63,953 nucleotides of DNA, filler included, from Bonamia ostreae (GCA_040357525.1; 57 parts of 57 records of this genome joined end to end with filler, not necessarily neighbours in it); one strand, 5' to 3'. Shown: positions 24,812 through 39,037, counted from the whole stretch's first letter. The notes: generated from the letters alone by a model not told the origin. A program made the numbers and translations.

Positions 24812-25511
24812 GACCAACAGAAGAACTGCTGAATATGCGAACCACTCGAAATGATTTGATTTGATAACAATAACTTTCGTATCCCTTAAAAACCGAAAAT
24901 AACGAAGACCGATAAATCCAGATTTCACTTCGCATAAATATCCAGCTATAAGACTTCTTGTTACTCGAGTAACTATAATAGGTTCTAAAGACTCGACATC
25001 ATTCATCATGTAGTTCTTATCACTCCTTGTTAACAGATTTGCTTTTAAAGTAAATCCTAATCCAGCAAGAATCTCTTTCGTAAGATATGGTGTCATTTTA
25101 AAGGCCAATATAGCATATTTTGTCCGTTTAACAATATTACGAAAGCGATAAGGGGCATTTGCAGTTGCAAAGACCATATCAAATCCAATAGCTCTTAATA
25201 ATGGTGAATCTTTAACTACATCGCCAAGAAATCTTCGATAGTTTTACAAAATTAGAAAATCTGTTCAAAGGCGATATTTAAAAAACATTTTCTTCTAAAA
25301 ATCTAAAAGGGCCAGTTAAAATAACGACGTCAAAATTTTCCTTTGCAAATTCATTTGCTTCTTTTATATGCTTCATTATCTCAGTTCTACTTTTTTCATG
25401 ATTTCCTTCGTGTACACAAAAGGTTACATATTGTTGATTGACGACAAGCGCCACTGTGTAAGGCTTTACGCAATGGAAAAACAGAATTGTTATCGTGAGA
25501 AGTCCTTTCAT
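24812..25511 (-). CDS. Hypothetical secreted or membrane protist protein (signal peptide); exon junction unresolved
   Basis: Hydrophobic N-terminus MKGLLTITILFFHCVKP, a second co-oriented ORF at 24812-25177, and a hydrophobic segment at the contig end. Confidence 0.45.
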
Positions 25512-26464
25512 TAGTTTTTTCTATAATTTTTCCTTAAAGTAAGTTTTTTATGAATATGTATCTGAATTTCTATTTCTGTTTTAAACCTTTCATGTTTAAG
25601 TTTTTCATATAAAAGAAGCAAATGAATTTTTAGAGCAAAATCTACATACTTTTTTTGTCGATATTATTTTTTTACTTCTTAGCGATTTAACATTATTTGA
25701 TTCACAAATTTGCATTTTTATCGAATTTAAATTTTTCTTTTTTCGCATATTTGAAATATTTAAAAATTTTGCATTTTAAAAACAACTGTTGATATGCGAA
25801 AAAGTAATTTGATTATAACTTGTTTTGTTTATGGCTNNNNNNNNNNNNNNNNNNNNNNNNNNNNNNNNNNNNNNNNNNNNTTAATTAATTAANNNNNNNN
25901 NNNNNNNNNNNNNNNNNNNNNNNNNNNNNNNNNNNNCATCTTTGAATTAAGGGGGACTTTTAATGTACATTTCAGGACTTCATAACTCTTGAGGCTTTAG
26001 GTTTAGGACAAAAACTCCGAAATGTTACCAATTTCTCTACAACTGTCAATGTAAGAAAAAGATAAACGTATATTGATGTATATCAGAGCGAAAGCTACCG
26101 AAATGCAATATTCATGATCGCCGCAAATCTTGTGATAAATAGAGGATGTTTGCATAGCATTTTTAAAAAAAATCATTGTTTTTATTGACACAAGAATGAA
26201 AAGAAATGAAAATGCTAAAAGAAATACCAAAATTGTAAATTTTATCATCCCAGGAGATAATGGCTTGAAGAGTTATCAGGGAAAATCTAAATATATATAC
26301 ATTTACATTATTTAGATAGATTGACTTTTTGTAGGAAATTGCAATTACAGGGCATATATCTCATTTTGCCTGAAAATAGCTTGCTATTGATAATACACAA
26401 TCAAAATTCCGACGCGGATTTTCAATTTTATTATTTATGCCTGAATTGATTTATTAACTTCCAG

Positions 26465-26602
26465 CATGTGACAATCGAAAATACGGACTGGATTGTTCAC
26501 AAGAATGCGGACAGTGCTTAGGACTAGAACAATGCCACCACGTGAACGGAACCTGTTTAAATGGGTGTGATCCAGGATACAAAGCTGGTGCTTGTAACGA
26601 TC
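26465..26602 (+). CDS. EGF-like repeat exon of a host MEGF/scavenger-receptor-like protein
   Basis: A 138-nt phase-1 exon between CCAG and GTAAG encodes CDNRKYGLDCSQECGQCLGLEQCHHVNGTCLNGCDPGYKAGACND. Confidence 0.88.
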
Positions 26603-27061
26603 GTAAGTTATATTAGAAATTAAATTATTTGGTGTTATATAACTTTTAATATTTTTGACATATTTCTGAATTGTGTTCATCCAATCGTTCATATTGTCTG
26701 TTTTCATTAATAAAGTGCACTTTTTACGAAGACACAGCCAATGTTTAAAATGTTTTAGGCATTTAATGTTCGTTCCTCTATTGCTTTGTGTTGATAGTGT
26801 GTATTGCAAACGTTGGACACACCGTTCATGTTTAAAAAACGCATAGGAGATAGTGAGTTTTATTTTATCATTATCTGACATAGAATGCCTTTTGCTGTAC
26901 ATTATCCAACATTGAAGGATTGGGTACGACATCTTAAAATTTCTGATATACCCGAATTTGANNNNNNNNNNNNNNNNNNNNNNNNNNNNNNNNNNNNNNN
27001 NNNNNTTAATTAATTAANNNNNNNNNNNNNNNNNNNNNNNNNNNNNNNNNNNNNNNNNNNN

Positions 27062-27411
27062 TTATCCTTTGCCAGGTTAAGATCAAATTTGGTTAGGTCT
27101 TCATCCTCTCTATTGATGAATAAAGCACACGTTAACAACATTGGATCTTCTCTTTCATCGATCTTTACAGCAATACCATTCATGAGGTTATGAATGCGTA
27201 CGGCTGAATTAGCCAACTTCTGATTGTCAAGATCATGAAAGATATCTTTCAATTCATTGAAAATATGCTCAAAATCAGTGCCGAAACCTATTCTAATTTG
27301 GAGCTTTTCGAACTCCTTATACCTGGCAAGTGATAAAGATTCATTGAATGTATATTTGCGACCATTCGCCCCAAACGAATTCTTTTCGATGTCTATTTTT
27401 TTTACGTCCAT
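27062..27411 (-). CDS. Phage-like hypothetical protein (possible tail assembly chaperone), 3'-truncated
   Basis: The start overlaps the upstream stop by 10 nt (ATGGACGTAA). It is an acidic, probably helical protein containing LLTCALFINREDEDL. Confidence 0.6.
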
Positions 27412-27674
27412 CTTTTAATGATTTTTAAAATTAATGTGCTTAATGCAATAAAGATAATAATCTTAATGTTTATCCCGTATTTAACGACATAAAACCAAAA
27501 TGACAGCTGCCCTGTAAAGCACACATCACATAGTCCCAGTGGCTTTGTTATCCACCATTTCCAACCAGACGAAGCAAGCAGATCATAATACCATCCTAAC
27601 GGTGATTTTTCGTCCATTAGAATTCTAGTGATCCACCATGCTATCAATCCGACTATAATAGAATCTATTATCAT
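27402..27674 (-). CDS. Small membrane protein with KPLGLCxxC motif (DUF1360-like), phage-like
   Basis: 90 aa with 2-3 TM segments and the sequence WWITKPLGLCDVCFTGQLSFW. It overlaps both neighbours. Confidence 0.65.
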   Translation of the reverse strand: MIIDSIIVGLIAWWITRILMDEKSPLGWYYDLLASSGWKWWITKPLGLCDVCFTGQLSFWFYVVKYGINIKIIIFIALSTLILKIIKRWT

Positions 27675-28086
27675 GCTATTTTAATGTCTTTAATTAATTC
27701 CTTACCGATCGCAAAGGTAAGCTCAAAATTAAGCCCAAATACTCCATATGGATAACCTGTAAGTGTTTCCTGGAGAGGAAAACGATATTCTGAAAAGATA
27801 CCGGAATCCGGATCATCCGATCCCAGGAACTTTACACGTATTTTACAAAGCTTTTCAACGGGATCCAAAAACTCCGGAATATTGTCTAATATTTTAGCTT
27901 GTATAGCTGTCGTATCACCAAATGAAAACATAGGCAAATTAACCCATCCTATTACTTTAAAATCGGCTCTAAATCCTATGAATCGTGATTCTTGTTCAAC
28001 AGCAACACATTGACCAGGGTTGAAGAATAGAATACATCTTTCACTTACGTTTGGTGTCATATCCTTAATCTTAGTCTTTCCACCAG
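27671..28086 (-). CDS. Phage-like hypothetical protein (possible tail-completion type), 5'-truncated
   Basis: Intronless and open to the contig edge. Its TGA overlaps the next ATG (ATGA). Confidence 0.6.
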
Positions 28087-30776
28087 NNNNNNNNNNNNNN
28101 NNNNNNNNNNNNNNNNNNNNNNNNNNNNNNTTAATTAATTAANNNNNNNNNNNNNNNNNNNNNNNNNNNNNNNNNNNNNNNNNNNNAGTTAAAACACATC
28201 AACATGTATCGAAACCATGAAGATGTTTAGATTGGGCTATTACCTCATATTTCATCAACGCGGAAACTAAAAAAAAGTATCCCCAGAAGACATCTAGGTA
28301 AATCGTGGAGTTACTCTCATTCTAAAATCAATAGAACCATTCATATATATGTCATTACATGCAATCTAGGTAATATTAGCTACAACACATAAGTGTATCA
28401 CATGTATCTTAAACGTTAAGCAGTATAGACAAAAAGAAACGAATAGTCTTCCTCAGTCACATGGTATCGCATACCATATTAAAGGTACAGATTGTACCAA
28501 TTAAACGTAGTGCAAAGGTAGTTCTAACAAAGTAGATTGATTTTGGAGGTGTCAAGGTCAAATGTCAACGAAAATACTGAGGACATAAACATATTGCTTT
28601 CAACACAAGATTTTAGGGCACATTGTATGCTAGACATTCACCTTGGTACCTTGGATTCCCTTATATATGATACCGATGTTTTGTACAGCGTGTACTATGC
28701 AACTTACATTTGCTTCCATTTTTTTTTTCGAAAGTAAAACATGTTATGATATTAATGAATTATAAGAAAGTAGTTTCTTTAATCTATCAGGGCATAAATT
28801 ATATAATATTTACTTTTATTACAGAATATTTACTTTCGATATGGATTGACTGGTTTGTAATTTTCAATTTCATTTTCATTTATCTATTCTTGACTTTAAG
28901 CCTCCAAAATCCTGCAAAATCCCCTAATAATCCTTATACGTTACATATAATTATCATTTGGTTATAAAGATTATTCTAAATAAAGGAACCTTAGGCTTAT
29001 GATTACATCCTCATCTTTCCAGAAGCTATGGTTCACAAAGAAAAAAAACCACCGGAAAATACCAACATTACTCTTCAATGTAATATTTCGTCCGACACTG
29101 TTAATATTTACTTCAAATCTAGATAGAATTGTACGGGTTATCGGAACTATAATTTTTTTTTTAACGATACTCAATTGCGTCAGCTATATGATTCGATATG
29201 CAAGAGCTTGNNNNNNNNNNNNNNNNNNNNNNNNNNNNNNNNNNNNNNNNNNNNTTAATTAATTAANNNNNNNNNNNNNNNNNNNNNNNNNNNNNNNNNN
29301 NNNNNNNNNNTGGGATTGTAGTTTAGATTTTGAGAAAAACACAATAAATGTAGAAAATTTGTACATAGGAATATTTTCAAAAATGTCTCTTAAGCACACC
29401 AGACCTGGAATTCTCGAAAATATAAACTCGGAACTTGGACGTTAGTCTGATTTACTCAAACGTTGACTGCTCAAATAAAAGAAAATTCAGATATAGGTTT
29501 GAAATTTTTCCGAAAAATCCCGGTCTATAATTTGGTTAAATCGTTTGCAAATATCATCATGTACTAAATAATTTACACTTTAGCCATCATGTGATCAGAA
29601 TTGGCAAATACAGTAAAAAAAAATAGACTGTATGAAAGGCTTTAGTTTAAATAAAACACATTTGTATGAGAAACATTAGCAAAGCTATAGAAATTGAAGA
29701 CAAATAACATTCAAACTTAATCAAACATTGACATATACACTTTCTGAAGAACGTAGATACATGTAGTATCAATGGAAAAAGTTAACAACACTGATGGTTC
29801 AAGGCTCCACTTCATTTATTAGATATGTCTATCATTTGAATGACACAAAAAATCTTAAAGTCGTCTATAAGCGGAATTATTTTTTTTTATAACAATCTTA
29901 CAAATACAACAATGTTTTACCTGGACAGCAATACCAGATAGTACAAAACATAAAGTGATGCCCATGCTTACAAACGATGAATTTTGTAAAAAAAAAATGT
30001 ATGCCCATTCTTACCAACCCATCAATTTTTAAAAAAAAAAAAAAAAAAAAATTCAGAAAACCAAGATTAGAAAATGCAGAAAGTAAAACATCCACTTCAA
30101 AAACACAAGGATACGTCCTCTCCAACACAAAGACAAAAATAGAGTTTTGAAGAAACTTTGATGGTAGAGAAAGTCTTTTATAAGGCCTCCCTTAAATTCA
30201 CAAGTCAACCACAATCGCGGACGTACTTAGAATTCTAAAACGCAGACTATGTCACTTGTCTTAACATAGAGGATCTTACTTTAAGACGAATCGAAGAAAG
30301 ACCCTAATCAAGAACATAATATAAACATGAAAGGNNNNNNNNNNNNNNNNNNNNNNNNNNNNNNNNNNNNNNNNNNNNTTAATTAATTAANNNNNNNNNN
30401 NNNNNNNNNNNNNNNNNNNNNNNNNNNNNNNNNNAGGAGAAATGATTTGAGACTCTCATGTTTTACTATATCAAAATCAGCTGGACTATAGTTGAATCAA
30501 TACGAAGAATAAGAAAATGTAGATAGATTAGGTATAAAATGACCTATATCTAGGCACAGAAAAATTTGTTTCCAATCAAATAATGTTGAAGCAAAAGCAA
30601 CAGTTTATTTGTAGTAAATAAAGGATGTAGACTTGAAAATGAAAAAATTATGTTCAAATCGCAAACTTAAACCATTTTGAAAGGGGATGAATGAGATCAT
30701 TTTATAAAAATTTTTAATGTCGAATAATTTAAATTAATTCGAAATTAGAAAATCAATTTTCCAAATTTGTATAAAT

Positions 30777-31458
30777 TCAGAATGCGATTTTCAACACTTC
30801 GGCCACACTTTCCACGAAATAAGGCTTTATATCCTTTTTCACAACGTCATCCATTTCTTCCCAATCCGCCATATTTTCCTTCGGCAAAATTACTTCTTTC
30901 ATCAAAGATAGTTTGGCTCCCAAAACTTTCTCTTTGATGCCACCGACTGGCAACACGTTTCCAACCAGCGATATTTCTCCTGTCATCGCCATATCCTTTT
31001 TTACCGTCTTCTTTGTTGCCAGTGATATCAACGCTGTTACCATCGCTACTCCCGCAGACGGACCGTCTTTTGGAATTGATCCTTCGGGAAAATGGATGTG
31101 AATATAATTTTCTTCGAAAAAGTTTTCTTTGACCTTTTCGATGTTATTGTTTTTGTTCAAATCGTCATCAGACAAATTTTTATTGGTTAAATGGTTTTCT
31201 TTTAGCATATTTTTGAGGTGCGTTTTCGCGACAGAGAAGGCAATAGAAATACTTTCGCTCATGACTTTGCCCAAAGATCCGGTCGCGTGATAGTTTGTTT
31301 TGTCGTTTTTTAATTTGCCGATGACTTCTGTTTCTATGTACTAATTTTTGAGTTTTGTTAAATCTTTAAAATTTTTGAATTAAAAATTTAAATAAAGGAG
31401 AGAATACCAAAGTAGTTCCACCGCTATATTCGCTGACAGACAATCCAGTGGCGACTCC
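30777..31458 (-). CDS. LONP1: Lon protease, C-terminal proteolytic domain; intron 31341-31407 (67 nt)
   Basis: GVATGL...GGTTL|YIET...TGSLGKVMSES...IHIHFPEGSIPKDGPSAG...AMTGEISLVGNVLPVGGIKEK, with the Ser-Lys dyad intact. The mitochondrial versus peroxisomal paralogue is not proven. Confidence 0.93.
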
Positions 31459-32681
31459 NNNNNNNNNNNNNNNNNNNNNNNNNNNNNNNNNNNNNNNNNN
31501 NNTTAATTAATTAANNNNNNNNNNNNNNNNNNNNNNNNNNNNNNNNNNNNNNNNNNNNAATATAGCCAAAAACAGCGTGCCAAAATTGTATCTATCAAAT
31601 TTGCAAAAATACCTTTCTGGAAAAAAAAAATTCTCTGAAAATATCAAATCAAGTCTGTTAGGAACAACGTTCCAATTCACAAGTGTTAGATAAACTACAT
31701 GCATGACAGATTGGCCTAATTTTGCAAGAATTAAATCCTGGAAAATACTCAGATTTTAATACACAGATATACTACCAACTTGATATTCTATCTCCAAAAG
31801 ATGATACGAGTTGGACACAAATTTGGTTTACTAGATGGATACAATATCAAGTCCACTAAAGTCATAGATATTTTCCATATGGAATTTTATCGCAAAACCT
31901 TAAGTGCATTAGGTATACTAAAGCGAAATTATCTCTTATTTCAAACACCTTCTGACCTTTTTTCGACCTTGAGAGCATGTCTACAATGAAACCATTTGAA
32001 GTTTTCGATATAGAAGCATGATTATCGGATTTTTATAAAAACTTGCGAGCAGGTTAGATTAACCAGACGTATTGTAAATATTAATATTTTTTCTGGTAAA
32101 CTCAATATGGTCAACGTACAAGGCGCAACCTAGAATCGTTCCTTTCTGTATGGATCCCATTGTTATTCGTGAAAAATACCACGCAGCAGCAAGTGGTGTT
32201 CAATAGAAAATTCGCCGAAAATATGCAATTAAAAACATCATTTGTTAGGACAGATCTTGGATATTCGATCAAAATATGATGGACTAAAATCCGTGGTCAG
32301 GACGATGAGATTTTATATTTAGACTGATCACGTGATTTGGAGTCACGTGATTTTCGCAAATTAACCGTCCATATTGAGATCATTAATAAATCTCGATACT
32401 GCAAGATCATAATGAGGATAAAATTCAGACTTTACTTGAACGTTTTAAACAATTTTTAAAGTTTATGAAAAACACTGTGGATTTCTACATATTTCGATTT
32501 TAATTGTTAAAATCGTGCTGTATTGCGTATTTTAATTTCTTGTCGGTCAACTCCATTTTAATTTTGAATGAATAATTCATTNNNNNNNNNNNNNNNNNNN
32601 NNNNNNNNNNNNNNNNNNNNNNNNNTTAATTAATTAANNNNNNNNNNNNNNNNNNNNNNNNNNNNNNNNNNNNNNNNNNNN

Positions 32682-32766
32682 TCCTCCGAAGGACCTCCCT
32701 ATCCTGTAGCCTTTTACGACAATCAATGGGTATTGAGTACCTATTCTAATCCCGATCCCCCACGGG
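32682..32766 (-). mobile_element. Mollusc SINE-like repeat fragment
   Basis: The reverse complement reads CCCGTGGGGGATCGGGATTAGAATAGGTACTCAATACCCATTGATTGTCGTAAAAGGCTAC..., which I recognise as resembling a common oyster repeat. The family name was not verified. Confidence 0.5.
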
Positions 32767-35700
32767 ATAGAAAGCATTTTTGTAACAATTTAGTTTATAT
32801 AATGCTATAAATGGCTAAGGTTTGTAAAATGGAAAGTTGTTAGATTGATTGCACATCATTAAAATGAATATGGGCGACCGACACATATCTTTTAAAGGAT
32901 CACCAATGAACAGTCACAAGATATCAATTCACACCGATGTTCTCTGTTAAGTAGGTAGGAATGTTTCAATTCCTTTTTGAAAAGTCACGTAAACACTGTT
33001 ACTAAAGTCATCATAGGCAAAAATCACACTATTGTTAAAAATCACGCTTTTGCAGAAGTCACAGACATTATTGCAAAAGGCCAGCAAGACCATCAGAAAA
33101 TTTGTAATGCTCAGTCACACAGACGTACATATAGAACCTTTCATATGGACTGAGTTGACAACAAAAAATAAACTATTCTGTCACGGCGAATACATAAATA
33201 CAATACCTAAAATATGCGAAGAAAATATGGACACAGATTTGAAACGTTCCAAAGTTTAAAGTTACCCGTGCTTTGATCGGCGTAAAAAAAAGGTTATTCA
33301 TTGTTTTCAATCATCACAACGTAATGCTCAATGTCATGTTGTATTCATTTTGATTTGAACTTATGCAAACGAATGTAACATAAAAATAATATTGATCAAA
33401 TGAGAACATGATGTATTAATATATGAAATATTTACCTCTATTTTTCGACCATATTGTCCTCTATTCCTATACAGGATATATGTTTTAAGACCCATGTCAG
33501 GATCGTTACGTATAGCCATATAATGTCTGAAAAGCATAAAAAAGATATTTTAGCATCATTGTCAAAATTTGTCATAATGAGATTTTACACGACCATTCCC
33601 CCACGGTAAATCATAATCTAGGCTTTTTCGCATGATAGACTGTTGGTTCTTCAAAAGAATAGAGCATGGGGATATATTCGATATAGGGTTCACGGCGGGT
33701 ATGNNNNNNNNNNNNNNNNNNNNNNNNNNNNNNNNNNNNNNNNNNNNTTAATTAATTAANNNNNNNNNNNNNNNNNNNNNNNNNNNNNNNNNNNNNNNNN
33801 NNNCCAATTCAATCACAACCCTGGCTTGTTTAAACGTAATACATTCACAGATGATTGAAACAATGTGTTGGTATTTAAATGTGGTTACTCCGGAACAAAG
33901 TTCAATATTATAGACAAATTATGAGGATATAAGCTATTGATTCTCAAATATTTTGTGAGTATGTAATTTTTTTTCCAACTCAATGCGTATCATGCACAAA
34001 AAAAAAAACAACCAAAACATGATATCTTAAATTTAATAGTTGTCATAATGTTGCCCAAATGCGACATCAATTTTCAGTTTTATACAATGTAATATGTAAA
34101 GTTCGAGAATTTCATTTCATCTGTAGTTTCAAACTGAAACACTATAGGTTCCAGTCTACCGCTTTTCCGGACTCAATCCATCGAACAGATAATTACGAAC
34201 TAAGCAAAATCCACGACTCTTTGGACAAATCTAAGTGGATCCATACGTTGTATGCATCAATTAAGGAACAGAAAGAAAAACCTTACATTTCACACATCAT
34301 ATTACCTTTATTGTGGATATTCTTTAGAGATATATACAGTTGTACCTTTATTTCGTTAGGACCCTTTTTTTCATACAGTTGGTAAACAACATATAGCGTA
34401 TTTATCAAAAAAAGTTCGACAAAATCTCTAACATCATATGCGCTGCATGTTAATAAGATGTATATACATTGAGAGAAAGAGACCTGTCTTTATAATTAGT
34501 CATCAGACATTTTCTTTAATCAGTCCTAAAAATACAATGTCATAAAATATATAGTGGCACGGTTTTGGGCAATACAAACTCCTGAGATCTGGCAGATAAC
34601 GAAGCCATGAGAAACTTGGCGCTTCTTTGATCTCTTCATCTAGATGTATTGCGAAAATAGACATTTAACGTATTGATATGAAGTCTCTTTAAACCGATAA
34701 TATGAATTCTCTTTATCTTGTTAAATGTACATACTTCATTAAAGATATTGAATTAGATTAACTCTGAAGGCAGTGTGCAAACTAAGACTGAAATGTAATC
34801 AAACTCGTTTCAAGAAGCCCTAGATNNNNNNNNNNNNNNNNNNNNNNNNNNNNNNNNNNNNNNNNNNNNTTAATTAATTAANNNNNNNNNNNNNNNNNNN
34901 NNNNNNNNNNNNNNNNNNNNNNNNNTCCGCGTTTTAGCAACACCCCTCGACTGTACCCTATACGAAAGTTAATCACCAATTATGGAGTCCGTCTTTTACT
35001 GCTGGAATCTTATAGCGGAGGACAATGACTAATAAACAAACAGACAGGATTAATCGATTTCAGGGTCTTAAAATAAAATGAAGCGTTCCAGGTGCAAGAG
35101 GACAAGACCCCTCCCCTTCCAGCCTGGGTCCTTAGTCCTCATTGTCGGTGATTTTCGACTTATCATTTCTAAATTGTTTACCTTGGCGTGTATGTGACCT
35201 CTAGCAATGCTAAAGAGACTTTTGACTGAAACCCAGTACAGTTGACCAACTTGACGGGAATAACAACTTCTGACGTCATCACTGGATCCCACATAGTTGT
35301 CGTGAGCTGAATAAAGATTAAAATCAATGAATATAAAATAAAATGTTGCCTTAACAAATAAAAAAAAACAAAAACAACTTCATGAAATTTGGGTTCTTTG
35401 CTTTAGGTTACATCTAATGTAGTTGTCTTTCAAGTGAAGTTTCATCTGGATATCAAGTGTTAATTGCAAAATGTAATCTGTTGACCTTGAACTTTGGACC
35501 TAAAATCAATAAAGGTCATCCTTAAATCACATAACTAGATTAGTCATAGCTAAAATCAAGTAAGTATGTTATATTTAAATTGATGATGTCTTTTTGAAAC
35601 CATTTCTCTGTGACCTGGTGACATTTACAGTGACATTTTAGCATTAAAAGCAGTAGCTTATACATGCATACATCAAATGGTATTTGAGTCATCATCTGGA

Positions 35701-38653
35701 AACTAATTTCGTGTGCATGTATATCACTTACAAGACAGTTTGACGCTTTTGACAGAACAATGCACTGAAATCGCGGAACTGACTGAATGCGTAGCATGAA
35801 GGCTTACTCTCAAGTTTATTAATCACCTATAACACGTGGATTTTTCATATTTGATAGAGCCAAAATCAACAAAAATGCACAATTGGTATTTTTGAAACAT
35901 TAGTAACGAGTAGTCAATAGAACAAATAATATTGTAGTAGTTAGGGCNNNNNNNNNNNNNNNNNNNNNNNNNNNNNNNNNNNNNNNNNNNNTTAATTAAT
36001 TAANNNNNNNNNNNNNNNNNNNNNNNNNNNNNNNNNNNNNNNNNNNNGAAATATCAGAGGCGATCCAAACCGCCTTTTAAGTTTAAAGACTGCACAAAAC
36101 ATAATGTATACTTTGCAAGACCTACTTTAAATACATGTAAATCAAGGATATTGGTACCAGCACCAAAGTTAGGGGTCGGATAAATGCTGTATGATATTAA
36201 AACCAAACTAGTTTTTGTTAATAATCCTTTTCAATATCTGAACCAATTTTAACGCCTTTTAAATGGCAGGTGTATTGACTTATACATTGTACTTAATCAA
36301 GAAACTATTAGAATATTTCATTATTGAATTTATCAGTAAGGATTTATTGGATGACAATGTAAGGAATATTTTTCATTGAATACAGTTGCCGATAACAGTG
36401 TTCATTTAACAACAATGCGAACGATACAGATTTTACTAAATAAAGGGGTCACAAATGTGTTGGAGTATACTTTACAATCACAGTAAACAATAACATCATG
36501 CATTATATCATAAGTCAACTTCAAAACTCATCCTAACAAACTGATGAAATGATGAGTATTCACACAGACATCTCGCAGTGAATAAACATTCCACAGTAAA
36601 TCATGGATCATTACAGACAATATTGTATACATTGAACCAGGTAGTACCTGCCAATAATCCTATAACCATACATTTCAATTTTTTTTATAGTGTTACGTTA
36701 ATCAATTGATCAATCCTTTTCACACTTTGCTATATATTCAATGCACACAAGAGGACATAGCTTCGTGAAGGTTTGACCCCCATAATCAGAGATTCGGGGA
36801 CATGTAGTTTTTGGTATATCTGTTTGTTCGCAAACACTTTTAATTGTAAAGTATACACCGCAAGTATACATCGCAAAAACCTTGGCCATAACTTTTTGAT
36901 ATATGGTGATAGGGATTTTATTTTCCTTGTGGCAAAACCTTTCTTTTAGCACCAAACCTTTCTTTTCACATTGTCACCTTTACATTGCGGTTTTACCTTC
37001 TTTGATAAAAATTAACCTTGATCGTAACTTTTGAATAGTTGATAATAGAGCTTTCACATTCTATGTGTANNNNNNNNNNNNNNNNNNNNNNNNNNNNNNN
37101 NNNNNNNNNNNNNTTAATTAATTAANNNNNNNNNNNNNNNNNNNNNNNNNNNNNNNNNNNNNNNNNNNNCGGACAGACAGACAGAGTGATTCGAAAGAAA
37201 GAAACACGTGCATGGCAGGCAGAAATATATGCAAAATCATTAGAACCCCGTATTTTAAGAGAACAGTAGGCCTTACGGATTTAACGGTTACTCAAGTACT
37301 ACACAGGAAACTAAATCGAGAAGTTTTGGTTGTTGATGTGCATCAAGTAACCAATCACCTGACACCTTGCACTATGCTTTGTTCAATATAAATATATGAA
37401 TTTCCCTCTTATGAGTATCAGCTGTATGATTTAACATGCCTGGGAATGTTATACGGAATTGTTGTACGATAGAATACCAATAATTCATATATTTCGGTAT
37501 AAAAAGACACTGAAATTAATTACGAGTATGTACATGTACATGTTATTTTTACTGGAGCAGGAACAAGATGATATCTAGTCCATAGATGAATCTATGTATG
37601 CTTATTCACAGATTTTACCTTGATAATTAAAGGACAACTGTCTTTTTAAGTGTCCATTTGCTAATATGTATTTGTATGGAGTTCCTTAAAAAATGTAGAT
37701 TTACTTTGATTTCTATCAAGTGTTAATTAAGTGCCCAGGACCATGTAACAGTACGAATTCGTTATGTTATAAAACACCAACCAGGAAAGGAATATTTTCA
37801 AGGTATATGTATCATCGGGAAGAACCTTGGCTTTTTTCTAAAGCAAACATTTGGTGAAGGAACTGTCGCTAACTTACTTCAACGGTCAAAGTTAAATCAG
37901 GGTATTTCACTTTCATAGCGAACGCTCTACCGACTGAGCTACATTAACAATGCATTTGGAAACGTAATCGGGCTGTTGTAGGACTATCAATTTTTATGAC
38001 GCATTACTTTCTACAAAATCAAATCGGTTCTAAATAATGCAATACATTTTCAATGACTGAAATAGAAAGACATGATTATGTTTTTTAACTTTTGTACTAA
38101 GAATGATACGTCTCTGATTCCCATGAAAACATGCTGATTAGTTTATAAAATTTTATTCATTTACCTAATCAATCAATTAAGAAATATATAGNNNNNNNNN
38201 NNNNNNNNNNNNNNNNNNNNNNNNNNNNNNNNNNNTTAATTAATTAANNNNNNNNNNNNNNNNNNNNNNNNNNNNNNNNNNNNNNNNNNNNTCAGCATTA
38301 CTTCTGATAATAAAATAGATCGACTTTAACTTTTCAGATAGGAGGTCCACTTTTTATGTTAGCAACAATATACATTTTTAAGAATAATTTCAGATTATAA
38401 TGCTCACAATACTTTCGGATTATAATCCTACTTTCATCGGAATTTAAAAACAATAAAACTTGATTTAACTACTCTGCATATAAAAAAGAACCAAGAAACA
38501 ATTTCAATAGGAGGAAACTTCTATTCTAACATACCATAACCTTTAGTCACGGTTCAGCACAAATCCCATGACAATGTGTTCGAGTAGTGGAGTAATATTA
38601 ATGTTTTTCATATAGTTGTAAACGTCCTTCAATGTTTTGTCATTTTAGGAAAC

Positions 38654-39037
38654 ATGAAAAGCAGTCAGCCAACTGAAATCATTACTTTTATTTGTATAGT
38701 TTGGTCAGGTGAGTGTTTCGTATGCGCTGTTTTAATTTGAATTAGTGTACGATGCGTGTTTCACACTATTTGCGGGGCACTACTCACTGAAGTTGATATA
38801 TATTCTACTAAGTTGATATATATTCTACAGTAAATCACCTAGTTTGTGCGGATCCATGCGACACTTTCATGGAGTTGTTTTCTGCTTCCAAAAGAGATCC
38901 AGCGTATGTAATTGATGCTGTTCCAATCTGTGACAGATTGATATCCCCTGGGTGGTATAGAGTAAAGTACAGGACCATGACAACGTCACCACCACAGCTG
39001 AACACATGTGGAACAGTTTTTCCTATTTGGTTGCGTG
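38654..39037 (+). CDS. Host secreted protein with a UMOD/GP2/OIT3-like D8C cysteine-rich domain; exons 38654-38708 and 38831-39037
   Basis: A signal-like first exon ends CAG|GTGAG. The phase-compatible second exon encodes DPC...CDRLISPGWYR...MTT...CGTVFPIWLRG. Confidence 0.8.

Noticed and set aside
26435-26932. 165-aa minus-strand ORF
   Set aside because: It has no recognisable motif and lies antisense to a clear EGF exon and its intron.
32325-32352. Twin TCACGTGA (E-box/CLEAR-like) motifs as a promoter
   Set aside because: No associated gene or transcription start can be identified within the 1-kb contig.
37918-37942. GCGAACGCTCTACCGACTGAGCTA as a tRNA gene on the minus strand
   Set aside because: Only an A-box/D-arm-like segment is present, with no T-arm or acceptor stem. 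At most it is a decayed SINE head.
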